Source: Phyllosticta citribraziliensis | Taxonomy: Eukaryota | Direction: 5' to 3' | DNA length: 64,000 nt | Assembly (NCBI RefSeq): GCF_038025025.1 | Contig: NW_027117341.1 | Coordinates: 2,232,001-2,296,000, forward strand | Part shown: in pieces, positions 12,662 to 25,400 of the stretch | Position numbering within the stretch: position 1 is the first letter of the stretch | Layout: each line of letters opens with the position of its first letter | The notes under the pieces: generated by a model | The model's database searches: none | The model's input: only the letters and a program-made list of their open reading frames with translations | What the model was told of the DNA's origin: nothing | Made by a program: the position numbers and the translations under genes

Positions 12662-13610
12662 CCGCTGGCGGGAATGGTTCTCGCTGGCGGGATTGGTATT
12701 GTCGCCGGCGGGAATGGCATTGTCGCCGGCGGGAATGATCGTCGCTGGCGGGAATGATCGTCGCTGGCGGGCCTTTTGCGCGCGTGACGACGTTTGAAGT
12801 TGCAGGCGCAGCCTCTGATTGGCCGCGGCTGTCGCGTCGCCGCCGTCTGTGTAAGGTGGTGGGAGGGAGTTGTTGAGTGAGAGTCATAGGTTGGTGAGCG
12901 GTGATTGAGAAGGTGGACGTGAGGGCTGCTTAGGCGGAGTCGGCCAATTAAAGGCACTGGCACAGTAGGTGTCAAAAGAAATGAGGATCTCCCGGTCTGT
13001 CTGCCGCAATAAATGACCACTTCCTAAGTATATGTATAGGTGTATGAATGCTCCTTAAACATAGGTAGAGTAGTAAATGAATGCTCCCTAGATATACTTG
13101 TATTACCAGGAGTTGTAATTTCTTTCGACACCTACTGTACTGGTAGCAACTTTAAACGTAGTAAACGACAATCACAGCGCTTAGCAAGCTGGCGGAGCAC
13201 CGGCGCTAGCCTAAGCGAGCCAATTAGAGGCGGTACTTACAACTTTAAATGATCCGGATCTCCCGTTCTAGGCGGATCTGGGCAGTTCCGGGCGGATCTA
13301 CCCGGGCGCAGATCTGGGTAGGTAGGGAGTGAGTAGAGCGCCTGTATTTCCTTTGTCGCTGGCGGCTTTCAAACTCGCTGGCGGCTTTCATACTCGCTAG
13401 CGGGAATGGGCATTCTCGCTGGCCAGAAGGCCATTCCCGCTAGCGAGAATGAGAATAACTACTGCTGTTGGTCCAAGCCATTCACCACTGATGTCATCAG
13501 CAGCACCTGGCGGCGGCGCACAGGCCTCCCTAACCTCCATCACTTTCTCGCTGGCGGTGATGCCATTCTCGCTGGCGGGAATGGTTCTCGCGGGCGGGAA
13601 TGGTTCTCGC
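12662..13610. repeat. Clusters of iterated TCGCTGGCGGGAATG motifs flanking an AT-richer core
   Basis: Six copies at 12662-12772 (19-21-bp period) and further copies at 13356-13447 and 13546-13610. One inverted pair ctcgctagcgggaatgg / ccattcccgctagcgag at ~13393-13447. Confidence 0.8.
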
Positions 13611-14660
13611 TATGAAAAGCCGCCGCCCACAACAAATTTCAACAGTAGGCGGCACGGTCGAGCATTGGGCGCCGGCGTCTATTTATGAAGGAATTAGTGG
13701 ATTAAACTCGCCCATAATTTAGTTTAAACTAAATAAATTATGGATTGAACAAGACAAAGGGCGGATTAAACCGAGACATCCTCACCTTCCCCGCAGGCCC
13801 ACCCACATTTTGCCCGCCGCTCCAACAAACCACACATTCTCCATCTATTTGTTTTCATCTCGAGCGAGATGCGTACAGAGCCTACGGCCTTTTTACGACA
13901 CAACAGCACCTAGTTTAAGAGTGTCAAAGCTGCCAAGTCAGATGGCGGATGAAAACTTCGACATCGCGGGTCAGGTCCGATGAATTCATAAAACTACTCT
14001 GCCTCACCACACAATATGTGCTGTCATCCATGCCGCGGTAGCATCCTGGCATCTTGGTGTTCTCATGCGCTCGGGCATATATGCGTCGGCGATGAACTTG
14101 CTGTTTCAACTTGCAGCTCGGCCACAATGTCAAGGAACTGCCGGCGCGTCCCAGACACGAGCCAGGCACGGCCGAAGCGAAGGAGCGAAATAACAATGCG
14201 GCAAGGAGAGGGACTAGACGTGGCGACAGAGTCGTCAACTGCTGGCTGTCTCGGCGGGATACCCACGCCCCTAGGCACGAAAGATGCAACACCGTCAACG
14301 CCATGCCCGCCTTGCATCCCAGCACAAAACGTCGTCGTATACGCCGCCAGCCCCACCAACCTGCAGTGCCCACTTCTCTGGCGCGCTTGACATGACCACG
14401 GCCCACACCAGGCGCAACGAGAAGGAGTGCTGAACAATTGAGAAGGGGACGCGTGTGGTGGGTGACGGTCGCCGTTGAAGCCGTGGATACGCTAGGCATG
14501 GCGGTTGCGCTCGGTGGGCGGCGTGACATGGTCAAAGCTTAGGTGAGTTTAAACCGCCCCGGGCGGCCGCTCCCGCGACACAACAACGCGTCAACCCCCC
14601 ACCCACCTCACTCAGCAACGCGACGACGGCGACGACAACCATCATCAATGCCCTCCCACC

Positions 14661-17228
14661 ATGTCCAGCAACCGAAATGTCATCCAAGAGCTCCCAGCTG
14701 AGGTCCGCGCACACATGCAACGCGCCGCAGCGGCGCTCAACCAAGGAGCTGTCATGGCCGAAGACGCCCAGGTCCAGGAGGCTTTCAGGGCTTTTCTTGT
14801 CAACTTTGGAGCCCTTGAGAAGAAGCCAGAAGTCCTGAATACAAAGTCGGACGCCCTCAAGACAAAGCCGGACGCCCTCAATACAAAGCCGGAAGCTCGC
14901 GAGCAAGAGTCGGAGAAGCCGCGGCGAGGACCCTTGACGAGGCATTCAAAGCTCAATGCCGCGTCCAGCAAACTCGGCAAACCCAAGGTCACCACCACCA
15001 CATCAGCCGTTCACACCCTCGCCCCGCCTGCTTCTGTTCCGCGAGGTCGCCGCCCCTCCCGCCAGCCTTCACCTGCTGCTGTTCCGCGAGGTCGCCGCCC
15101 CTCCCGCCAGCCTTCACCTGCTGCTGTTCCGCGAGGTCGCCGCCCCTCCCGTCAGTCTTCACCTGCAAACTCATCCCGAGCACCCTCCTGGTCCCCGTCA
15201 CAGCCCCAGCCCCCAGACCCCCCAGCGTTACCCGCAGCCTACGCCAACAATGCCGAGTACGGGCGCATGGCTCAAGATATTGCCAAGGAAGCAGCAAAAG
15301 TTGTGACCAGTGCCTCGACCAACTTTGCAAAGCTCCAGGATCTTCGCACCGCTCTTGGCGCACAATTCCCAGATGCCAAGTTCTCTGACCTCATATCCCT
15401 ACGTGCGCAGAGATTGCTCGAAGCTGCTGAAAGGACTCCGGTCGCCCGTCGCCCAGGACCGGATAAGAGTAGGAAGAATAGGCAGCGCTGCTGCGACAGC
15501 TGGGGGATCACTCACACAGAGCTTGACGACTACTTCCCCAGAGAAAACTGCGGCCAGACGTTCATGCAGAAGCTGGCCGTCTTCGCGAAGAAAAACTGCA
15601 GGTCTTTTACTGATGCCAAGAATTTTCTTGGTGCCGCACAGCAGGAACGCCTTACTGGACATATCTTAGGGACATCAAAAACGAGACAGTGGCAGCCCCA
15701 GGATGTTGACATGGCCGCCAAGAAGGCCGGTACACTTCCTCACATTGACAAAGAGGAATACGGCTTGAACGGCGGCGGCAATGTTGAACGCCAAGACGAC
15801 GAGGAGAAGGATGAAGAAGAGGTCGAAAAGAATGACGAGCATGTAAAGGACAATGAGGATGCAGACAACATCAATGACAACGAGGGTGGCTGTACGCCTG
15901 CTCGCCTCCGAGAAGGCACAATTACTAGCATGTCTCCTGAGCACGGCCGGGACGCTCCGTCGCCTTTGCCTGAGTTCGAATACATGGAAGACTTGGCTGG
16001 GTTTGCCAGTCCCGATTCAAGTGTAGCCGGAGACGGGGTGCCATCCCCAGGAGGATACCGACTCCGCTTCTCTCCTCAGATTTCTCCCAAGAAACGGGTT
16101 CGTTCACCATCGCCAGATATCTTCACCACCAAGGTGTCCATGGGCAGACGGAGGAGCAAATTGAAGGCCAGACTCGATAGCACATCAAACGGCGTTGCAC
16201 CCAAGCCCTTTTTGGACCTCGTAGCTCAGCATGACACAGATGCGGCCGGCGTCAATGACGACCAGGACGGCGTTATCAATCCCGGACCCCTTGACTGCTT
16301 GAAAGACGGCAGTCGCCTCAACGACGTGGCCATGGCGCAGGCCCTGGCCTTGCTTACGTGCCACGACAGAAGTATCATGGTGGTAGACTCATTGTTACCC
16401 AATGATGCACCAAGTCTGGGCGAAAGCGCCACAGTTGTCCATTCCTTTTTCCATGGCAAACACTGGACGCTGTTGCTCGTGGACCGACCTCGCAAGCACG
16501 TTGCTTTTTTCGACTCATTGCCTACCAGCAGCCCGGAGCTCCGCGACGCCATTGAAGCGCACGTCTTCAACAAGCTGCTGCACGACGAACGCCGTGATGA
16601 ATGGGGACTGAGCGCGTGTCTTGCACCAAGGCAATCAAATGCCATTGATTGCGGCGTCCACGTCCTGGCGATCCTTGCCTACAACGTCACGGGGATTCCT
16701 TTGCCCATCACTCTGAATCCGCCAGTCTGGAGAGCGGTGCTATCCTTGCTGTTACTTGGTTACTTGGTTGAGGAGCCACCCTTTCATGCTCTTTTGCCGC
16801 TTACATCTACAAAGAGGACGTGTAGGGATGCTGCTGCGGATAGAGCTACCCTGGTCAAGGACTTGGCATCCGTCGTCTCTGTACGTCAAGATGCACAGAA
16901 CCTACACCGTGTCGTGACCTCGTTGGTCGACAAGGCAGCGACTGGATCGGGTGCGCTCCAGGAAGAAATCGAAGACAACGCGAAGGTCATCGAGGCCTAC
17001 AAGACCATCCTCGGGCTCCAGCAGACGACGCCGGGCTCGGATGATTGCTCGCAGGCGCTCGACAAACAGTACCGGGACCGACGCTCGCGCGGGTGGCGGT
17101 GCGATGCGCGGCTGTGTGCCATGAAGAAGCTGGAGAAGAATGGACCCGGGGCGGTGCAATACTGCGAAGACGTGGTCGCAAAAGCCATTGCTCAAGAGCG
17201 AAGCCTGCGGCAGCAGCTACCTAATTGA
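14661..17228 (+). CDS. Ulp1-like SUMO/NEDD8 protease (Peptidase C48) domain protein, 855 aa
   Basis: Intact ORF with C48 motifs RLNDVAM..., HWTLLLVD, FFDSL and PRQSNAIDCGVHVL (His-Asp-Gln-Cys). N-terminal 15-aa repeats VPRGRRPSRQPSPAA and an acidic tract. Confidence 0.9.
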   Translation: MSSNRNVIQELPAEVRAHMQRAAAALNQGAVMAEDAQVQEAFRAFLVNFGALEKKPEVLNTKSDALKTKPDALNTKPEAREQESEKPRRGPLTRHSKLNAASSKLGKPKVTTTTSAVHTLAPPASVPRGRRPSRQPSPAAVPRGRRPSRQPSPAAVPRGRRPSRQSSPANSSRAPSWSPSQPQPPDPPALPAAYANNAEYGRMAQDIAKEAAKVVTSASTNFAKLQDLRTALGAQFPDAKFSDLISLRAQRLLEAAERTPVARRPGPDKSRKNRQRCCDSWGITHTELDDYFPRENCGQTFMQKLAVFAKKNCRSFTDAKNFLGAAQQERLTGHILGTSKTRQWQPQDVDMAAKKAGTLPHIDKEEYGLNGGGNVERQDDEEKDEEEVEKNDEHVKDNEDADNINDNEGGCTPARLREGTITSMSPEHGRDAPSPLPEFEYMEDLAGFASPDSSVAGDGVPSPGGYRLRFSPQISPKKRVRSPSPDIFTTKVSMGRRRSKLKARLDSTSNGVAPKPFLDLVAQHDTDAAGVNDDQDGVINPGPLDCLKDGSRLNDVAMAQALALLTCHDRSIMVVDSLLPNDAPSLGESATVVHSFFHGKHWTLLLVDRPRKHVAFFDSLPTSSPELRDAIEAHVFNKLLHDERRDEWGLSACLAPRQSNAIDCGVHVLAILAYNVTGIPLPITLNPPVWRAVLSLLLLGYLVEEPPFHALLPLTSTKRTCRDAAADRATLVKDLASVVSVRQDAQNLHRVVTSLVDKAATGSGALQEEIEDNAKVIEAYKTILGLQQTTPGSDDCSQALDKQYRDRRSRGWRCDARLCAMKKLEKNGPGAVQYCEDVVAKAIAQERSLRQQLPN

Positions 17229-17780
17229 CCTCGGCCTCGAACATGCCAATTGATATTAGCAGCCCAGCCGTAGTTATGAATCTTTTTCTGCCCGCGCATG
17301 GCCGTGTTGACCGCCTGCTGCTTGCTGCTGCTTGTTCTTCCACCGGGCAGCAGTCTGGAGCTGTCTGTCCTAGAAGGCCAAGTGGAGATGAGACATGTGG
17401 TTCGAGCGAGCTGAAGAGTCGCGAATCCAATCGACGGGCGTAGGCGTAGACTACATGTAGTGTATACCTTAGGTATGTATTGGTGCAATGTCGCATGCCC
17501 TCGGTCTGATTCCAGCTGGAGGCTCCGTTCCCGTCCGTCGGCAGCGCCCGCACCTGCAACAACATGCTCCATCACCACCCACATGTCGACAACGCTCAAT
17601 CCGCCGCCAGCCACGTCCCTCCCGTCATCCTCACCTCATCACAAGCGAAATCTCGTCTCCGTCGCACGCCAACAATCCGAAGCACCCCCCCGGGGAGTCG
17701 CCTGCCCCAGCTGGCCTTGGCATCCTCATCTTTTCGTGGTACACCGTCGAAGCGGCGCCTCGGCTTCATGAGGAAGACGG

Positions 17781-18403
17781 ATGCTGACGAGCATAGCAAA
17801 AGACTCGGCAGCCGCCATCATCAGCCGCCTTGGCCACCCAGCTCGTCTGTGGCAACAACCTGAAGCAGCTCTGCCCGCAAACCCGTCAAGTCAGTGCCCG
17901 ATCTGGCCTCACATCCTCTCGAAGCGTCTCCTCTCCTACCAGCCCACTCGTCCTCGCTCATTCAACGAGGCATTCAACACTCCAGGAGACACGAGGGTGT
18001 TGGCCCATGTACGCAGGTGGCGGTGCACACACACAGCCCGGCGACAGGGAGAATGGTCCAGGTGAGTAAGGGCGTCTGTGCCACTCGCCCTGTTCGAAGC
18101 TCGCCTTTGACATGGATACATAGAACGGCCCTTGCGACGACGGAAACACGCCCCGCTCTACACGCCTACCCGCTCAGCCACTTTCCATCATTGTCGAGCA
18201 TCTACGGAAACGCGATCCGGGACATGGGCACGGGAAGCGAAGCGGCCGAGGGGGACCGCGTCTGGAAACTGCTGGTCGCTTGCACGGGTGTCGAGCTGGC
18301 CGCGCTGTACCAGGGCCATGACTGCTGCGCAACGAGGGAGGATGCATCAGATGATTTGGAGCAGGCGGCTGGGTGGTCTCTCGTTCACACAGGCATACCG
18401 TAA
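17781..18403 (+). CDS. Hypothetical protein, two exons (start uncertain, possibly a pseudogene)
   Basis: ORF from 17781 reaches a GTGAGT donor at 18062 and an ATAG acceptor near 18123, then continues as ...HAYPLSHFPSLSSIYGNAI...GDRVWKLLVACTGVELAAL. Confidence 0.35.
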
Positions 18404-18419
18404 AGCATGGTGACGTCCA

Positions 18420-21400
18420 TCCCTCTTCTTCCTTGGGCTGATGCTAACGGGACTGCCTCGGCGCGAGTTGCAGCCCAGGTCCGGCTTGGGTTTCTGCCAG
18501 GCGGTGAGACCTCTCAGCTCCGGGGCAGGCAGGTCGTCGCTCTTTCCTTCTCGTCCCGGTCACGCCACCCGACCTTCTCCCCCGCCTCCTCTCCTCTTCC
18601 TCTCCCTCTCCCTCTCCCTCTCTCTCGCATCCTCTCGCTCTCTTCTCTTCTCGCCCTCATCCTCTCGCCCTCGTCATCTCGCCCTCATCCTCTCGCCAGG
18701 AACTTCGCCCTCCAGCTTGGCCTTCATCCTCTCGCTCTCATCATGAGTCCTTGGCGGGGTACGTGTCGGAGAAGTACCGGTACGCCTCCACCTTCTCTCA
18801 TTTCTTCAAGCCATCATACTCATTCAATCGGCAGGTTGCGAGTCTTGCGTCTGAGTTACGGTCCAGATATCTGACACCGCCCTGCCCAACCGATCGACCA
18901 CTTGCTCCCTCGGCTCCTTCAGCTCCTGCAGCTTCCCTTTGTCTCGTCGTTCGCCATCAGCAGGGTGCGTTGTCAGAGAAGTACGCCTCCACCTTCTCAT
19001 TCCTTCAAGCCATCATACTCATTCAATCGGCAGGTTGCGAGTCTTGTGGCCGAAGTCCGGTCCAGATATCTGACACCACCCTGCGCGACCTTCAATTCCT
19101 GTCACCGCACGAGTTTTCCAATTTCCGCTGGTGCAATGGACACCACTGGCCTGCAATGGGAACGTTCCCTAATCTGCCTTCTTAACCTTCTTCCCTTGGA
19201 CTGCTCCCCCCCCTTGTCTAGCTGACTGTACGCAGATTCCGCCCATCTCTTTCTACTACTCCAATCGCTGCTGTCAGTCGCCGTCAATAGCATACTCTCC
19301 AAGGGTACACTCACTTCTCCATCTTGAATTGCCATCTTCTTGTCTTCTCACAAAGTACAAGCAGATTCCGCCTGTCACTCGCTGTTTCGCCGACCGCCAT
19401 CTCGTTGCCATTAATGGACAATTCCTTGAAGGTATTCCCACTCATCTATGCTGACTTTTTCCCTCTTGTCTAACTAATTGCAAGCAGACTCCGCCTGTCT
19501 TAACGCTCCTGGCCACCAGCTCGTTCCCATCAATGTTTCCACGCGTATGCCTGCTGCTCAATCCTCATACCTCTGCTTTCTCTAACTGATTACAAGCAGA
19601 CTCCGGCTGTCTCACCGCCTCCGACCAGCGGCTCATTCCCATCAATGGAGAAATTCCACGCGTATGCCTACACTTGCTTCCATTTTCGAAACCCATCTCT
19701 TTTTTACAACTAAATTACTAGCAGAGGTACTCCCCAACGCATCAACTCCGACCTCCGTCCTACTTGCACCAGCATCTGCGGCATTCGTGGCGACATCAGC
19801 CCACTCGGCCCCTTTGCCCGCCCTTTACTCCGCCCTTAGCCCCGCCCTTCGCGCTGGCGATGTACGAACTGACAGCCCGGGCGTCTTGAGCACTGATTTG
19901 GTTGCTGATTTGGTTGCTTTTAGCTGAGCAAGCACGAGAGGTGAGTCTCGCTCCAGCAGCTGACCTTGGACGAAATATGCGACGCCCGTTTCGGCACTGC
20001 ATGCTGGTCACAGTCTTGGTTCTCTGATTGCGCGGCGCTGGTCCATGCACAACCGACAAATCGACCATGCAACCTTGGCGAGCTGCCGATGTCAGCGCGT
20101 AGCCAACCTCTATTGCTTGGTCCGGTACGTCTTCCCGCTTCATGATCTTCTCCGTGCACGTTCTAATCATGTACAAGTCTCGCCTTCATTCAACGTGCTC
20201 GTCCTAGTGCTTGTGCCCCATCGACTCGGTGGAGCTTTGGTGGCGTTATGAATTGCCGCAGTCTGGTACGTTCTCCAATTTCTTCTCTCGCTTTCGGTGC
20301 ACTCACAGCTCTCTCTCAGCTCTACTCTTCTCTCTGCCGTTCATCATCACAGTCGGCCGCGCATGGTCTCTGGTGCCACCAGAAACCACTTGGATCGGTA
20401 CATTTCCACGCCTCATTCACAATTTCTTGCATACAGTGTAGCTGACAAGCCACCTTAGTCCAACTCCGGCCTGCATTCTAAGGCTATGAGCTTTGTCAAC
20501 ATCTACCCATCAAGCCTGGTGCGTGTTTCGTGCTCCATCTCTTCCACTCATACGTAGATGCTGACTATTTCATCCATCAGATCTCGTCAGCTTCTTGCTC
20601 ATCTACGCCATTTCCCCTGCCTCTGCCACTACCACCGCGGTACCTGCACCTTACCTCCACCGCTGCCGCTGCCGCTGCCCTACTAACCCGCGCAACCAGT
20701 CTTACCTGACCCTCCCTCTCATTCCCGGACAAACGTGCCTAGATTGAAGTCCCCTATTGGTAGGGCTCTTATTCCTCACGCTCTTACAAGCAGTAGCTAA
20801 TAGTGCCAGGCCATCCTCCAATCCTCTACCCGTCATTTTGCGCCCCTCCAAGCTACCTTAAGCTTTGGTATTTACTCGGTCCGAGGCATGTTTCGCATGT
20901 GGAGTAGCTGACATGTACTGTAGTGGCGTTACGGTCGCACCACTGGCCCCAGCCCAGCGCGCCTTTCTTGACATCATCATCCACGACCACAACCTTTACA
21001 TTTTGCTCATTTTCACAGTCTCCTCCTCAATACCTTTTTCGGCCATCTTCTTCGACTTCCGTCCATCTGCTTCTGCTAAACTTGTACGTTAGACTACACT
21101 GCACCTCTTACTCTCAATCAATTCCCTACTGTTCATGCTAATGTGGAAAACCACCAGGTACCTGCAACATGAGAAGCTCCGGCACCCTCGTAGTAGGGTG
21201 TCACGTCTACAATATTCCCGTGCTGTCAACAAGGAACGCTCACAATCGGGTACGCCTCCTCCTCTTTCTCAACAGAACAGTATGATTGATTGACTTTACG
21301 CAGGACTCCTCCCTAATACCGTTGACAATCTTCCCGCTGCTGTTGACAAGAACACTCCCAATTAGGTGCGCTTTCTTTTTGTTCTCAACTGAATGACCCA

Positions 21401-24400
21401 GCTAGGTAACTGTACGCAGCACTCCTCGCCGCGATAGCGTCACCAATCTGCTCACTGCTGTCGGATAGAACACTCCTGAAAAAGTACACCCCTTTATCTT
21501 TCCTATAAAATGGTCCACCAAACTGACTGCCTAGCACTCAGGACTCCTCGCCGATACCGTCGCCAAATTTCTCGCTGCTGTGGAGCTCTTCCTCTGGCCG
21601 ATGCGACCGCCTGTCCTTCGCTCTAAGGCCACTAATTTTGCAGATCGCGAATTCATGCTCAAGTCCGGCATATTAAGACCAGCAAAAACTGCTCCCTCGG
21701 CTTAATTGCCTTTGTTCATTCGCCTCATCCTTGTCTCAAATCAGGAGCAGCGTGCACGCTTAGAGAGGTACTTTTCCCCGTCTCATTTACCAATCATGGT
21801 GTTGACGAAATCTCTAGAAAGTTGAGCATCTTGCCTCGCGGCCAGGCCCGGGAACACCACGTACATATGCCTCTAGGTATGCTGCTTTGCTCCTCTTTCC
21901 AGTAAACGTCTCTGTCCACTTTTGATTTGACATTGGCAACCATTCCGGAGTTATTGACATCACAGCGATCCAGCTAGCCTGTCTTCGCGCAATAGACCCA
22001 GAACCATACCGTCTGTGCATCCAAAAAGCTCCATTGCGCTCATCGTCACACTCATCATCGGAGAATGAGCTGTTTATCTTGTCTAGTCCTGTATGCTTTT
22101 CCCTTCCTACATGGTACACAACCTACGACGTGCTGACATTGCCCGCATGTAGGTTCGTCCTATTCCTCGGCTCTCTCACACACACCATGCGCAGAAACCC
22201 TTTTCTCGCTCCTGCTTAACGTAAGTTTATCTTTTTAAAGCTAGCGTCTCTTCACAATTCCATACCCTGCTCATAACTTGCATCAGGCCGAATTCATGAG
22301 ACTCCCCATCAGCCCGGTCGTGAGGGACTGCTGCTTGCATCCTCCGCATTTTCAGCTCTTTGTCCGCTCGGGCAACTTTTACTCTCGGCTCGCATGGCAC
22401 CTCAACCTTTCCACGTCCCGCGGCAGGATTGCGACCTTTTTGCGCACCGCCCTGGATCATCTACATTGGTCAATCCAGCTCGCTGACTGTCTTCATCGCT
22501 CACTTCAATCTCCGCGACTCCATGTCGCTGCTTTGGCCGTGGTCATCCACACCGTTTCCAACGCTCGGCGCTTCTCTCAACCCTGTCCCTGTCGCTTTGT
22601 TCTACCCGTTCATCATAAGCGCATCTTTGTCCATCATAAGCACAGGTGAGCTTGACTCTGCTTTCCCTGTATTCAATTTGGCAGTATGATGGTAACCTCC
22701 TTGCAGAATCGCAATCCCATTCGACTCTTCTCACGTCGGTCCTCCGTCCTCAACGATGCGGCCAAGCCCTAGTCCACCGCCGGGTTGGACTGCACCCACC
22801 TCACTGTAGCAACTTGCACGTCAAGTCCCCACAGGGCCCACCGGCGTGGCTCCTGCTTTGCTTGCAGCGCCCAATCCTATCCGACACAGAATCCAAGAGA
22901 GCACAAATCTCATCGCAGTGGGATGACCCAAGCTGATCCCGTCTGTTGTGGGTGCCGCTGCTTCCCAGCGTCAGCTCTAGCTCTAACTCCCGCTCAGCAC
23001 GTTGCCCACGTCGACGCTTCATCTGGGTAGCGTCGCACCAGGCACTTTTTCAATGCAGCCACGGGCAGTGCTCTACTGCACCACACCATAGCAGACATGC
23101 TCCTTCTTGGTCCTCCTCCTCTCGCCTGCTCTGGCTCTTTTCGGCCGTCCTCTTTTTCCAACTCATCTTTTGTGGCACAGCTACTGCCATTCACCCAGCA
23201 GATGCCAGGGCACCGTCTGTACTCAACTTTGCATTCGACGTCGCTTGCTTTCATTCCTTGTGCCGATGACAGCGACGTGGACCCGACAGTGCGCGCGCGC
23301 CTGCATCCAGGTCGCTCAATCTGGTGTTCAATCCTTGGGCTGGTTGTCGCTGACCTTTGCAACATCTGCTCTCGACAACCTTGTCTGCCCGGACCAGTGG
23401 GTACGTCAACCACCCTCCTCTCGTCATTCTCCCTGCTCCTCTCACACAATCCCTCTGACCCGATCAGCCATTTGGCTCGCCCCCGCTTCATCTGAGCCAC
23501 TCTCACAAAGTGCACGCATGAGCCTTGGTGCCACCACGGCTCGCTCGGTCCGTACGGCTGCACAACGTCACTGGGTGCGTGATTCGGAGAAGTAAGCTTT
23601 CCCCCTCGTCTCTCTCTCAATGGAATCGGTCTGACAAGTACACAGGTTGGACGCCGTGTTCAAAGTCCGGGCCGCTGAAGGCTTCTCTCAAAACCACCCT
23701 TCCACTTGGCCAAACACCTGTTCCGTCCATCTTACTGCTGCTGCCTACAATACTTGGTACGTTATCCATGATTCCTTCCCCTAGCTCCTTCCGCTAGCTT
23801 CCGAGTGCAGTTTTCCTTAATCGGATCCGCATTTTTACTCGCCCTGCTTCGTTGCTGCCACCCCCAAAGTCCACGGAGAAGCTTTAATGGCATAAAGGTT
23901 TGCTCAGACTAGTGCGTCCCCCATCCCCACTTTTCCTGCCCTCAGGTAGCTCATTGCTAAAGCCTCGTGTCAGATCTACCATCATAATTGCCCCTCCTTC
24001 GCTCTCAGAAGTTTTGGGCGAACTTTAATGGTACAACAGCTTATCTCAGCCTAGTGCGTCCTCCCCATTGCCCTTGGGCTCCCAGTTCTAACAAAACTCA
24101 CCAATTTCAGCACCCTGTCGTGTTCTCACGAGCCCTTCATTGGTTAGTCTACCGCGTCTCTAGATCTCCTTGCTCAGCCCCAGAGTTGCTAAAATACTTT
24201 GTCATTCTCAATGATTACTTAGTCTTTCTCGTTGCTAACAGCCTGTCATTAGGTATGCTACACCGTCGGTCTTAATCGTTAAGTTCGATCTATCGTCCCC
24301 CGTTCCCCCCATCGGCTCCGAGTTCCGACCAATCCACCGCGGTTGCCGCTACATCTGCTCCCTCCACTGCATTTCCAGTCTCAAATACAACTGTTCTTCG

Positions 24401-25400
24401 GTCCCCTGGAAGCTTTTCACGGTTGACACACCCAAGAGGTCTGCCCCTCTAGTGAGCGATATCGCCGAGGCAGCCCATGCTGGCTGGATATTGAAGAGTC
24501 GTTCCCTACGTAAGGTCCTTAAAAGTGTGGTCCTCCTCGTTACTAACGTCCGTCGCTAGACCTAGGGCTTGACCGTCAGCAGTTCCGACGATTAGCTCTG
24601 TGGACTTGGTGATTCACCTGGTCTCTAGCGGACCTGCTGGAAACAGAAGTGATAAGTCTGGCGGGGTAAGTGAACTCCTTTGATGTTGTGTTCCTTTATG
24701 TAACCTCCTACAGAGTCGCGAGATGCGCTTGGTCGCACTAATTCTAAGGACACTACCATATTTCCTCTTAGTTCGGTACGTCTCTAGGCTGCCTTCCCTA
24801 AAGCTTTTACCCTCTCATTCTCTAAGATCGGTCCCTCAGCGCTAATTTATAGCAGACCACACCCCACATCATGACTTTTACAACTATTGCGGTGGTGCAG
24901 CGTGGAGTACGTCCAGCCTCTTATAACTTGGCTTTCTCGCATCTCCCTTTCGCTAAAAAGAGGCCTCTCTAATGCCTTTATCTCTGCGCTGACAGCTCCT
25001 TGCAGAATTCCGCCCAGGCTGCGGATGAAATCTGACTCGGTTCGCTGGTAAGTGTCTCTAACTTCCTCCGTCTTTGTCCGTCATTGACACTCTTGAGGTC
25101 TGAAATTGTCGCCCGTTGCTGCTCCCGGCCGTTGATGAGCTTGATTGCTCAAATCACTCAAATCGGTAAGTTCTTTGGCGTCTTCCTTGCTATTGCTCCT
25201 GCTCTCCCTCCTCCTTTACCTCCTCATCGGAATTCTAGAAGCTGACGCAGTACCAGACACGCCCGCGCATGATTGCCATTCTGGAGGCTACGAATCTGCT
25301 TTGAAGGAACAAGTGAAGGATTGACTTGGTATGTCAGCTGGTCTCCTTCCACGCCCTCCAGCCGCTGACACCGCGCCAAGCCGCCCGTGTATGCAGTATT
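18420..25400 (+). other. Intron-dense locus without a long ORF (spliced lncRNA or decayed gene), paralog A
   Basis: Roughly 18 or more short fungal-type introns (GTACGC/GTAAGT/GTATGC ... CTRAC ... YAG), e.g. 18981-19033, 21250-21303, 22221-22285, 23592-23646, 24666-24713. Related micro-exons recur at 19230-19660 and 21300-21580. Confidence 0.55.

Noticed and set aside
11820..14535. Short coding-like remnants at 12030-12505 (+) and 13924-14393 (-)
   Set aside because: Multiple frame breaks and no recognisable motif; too weak to annotate.
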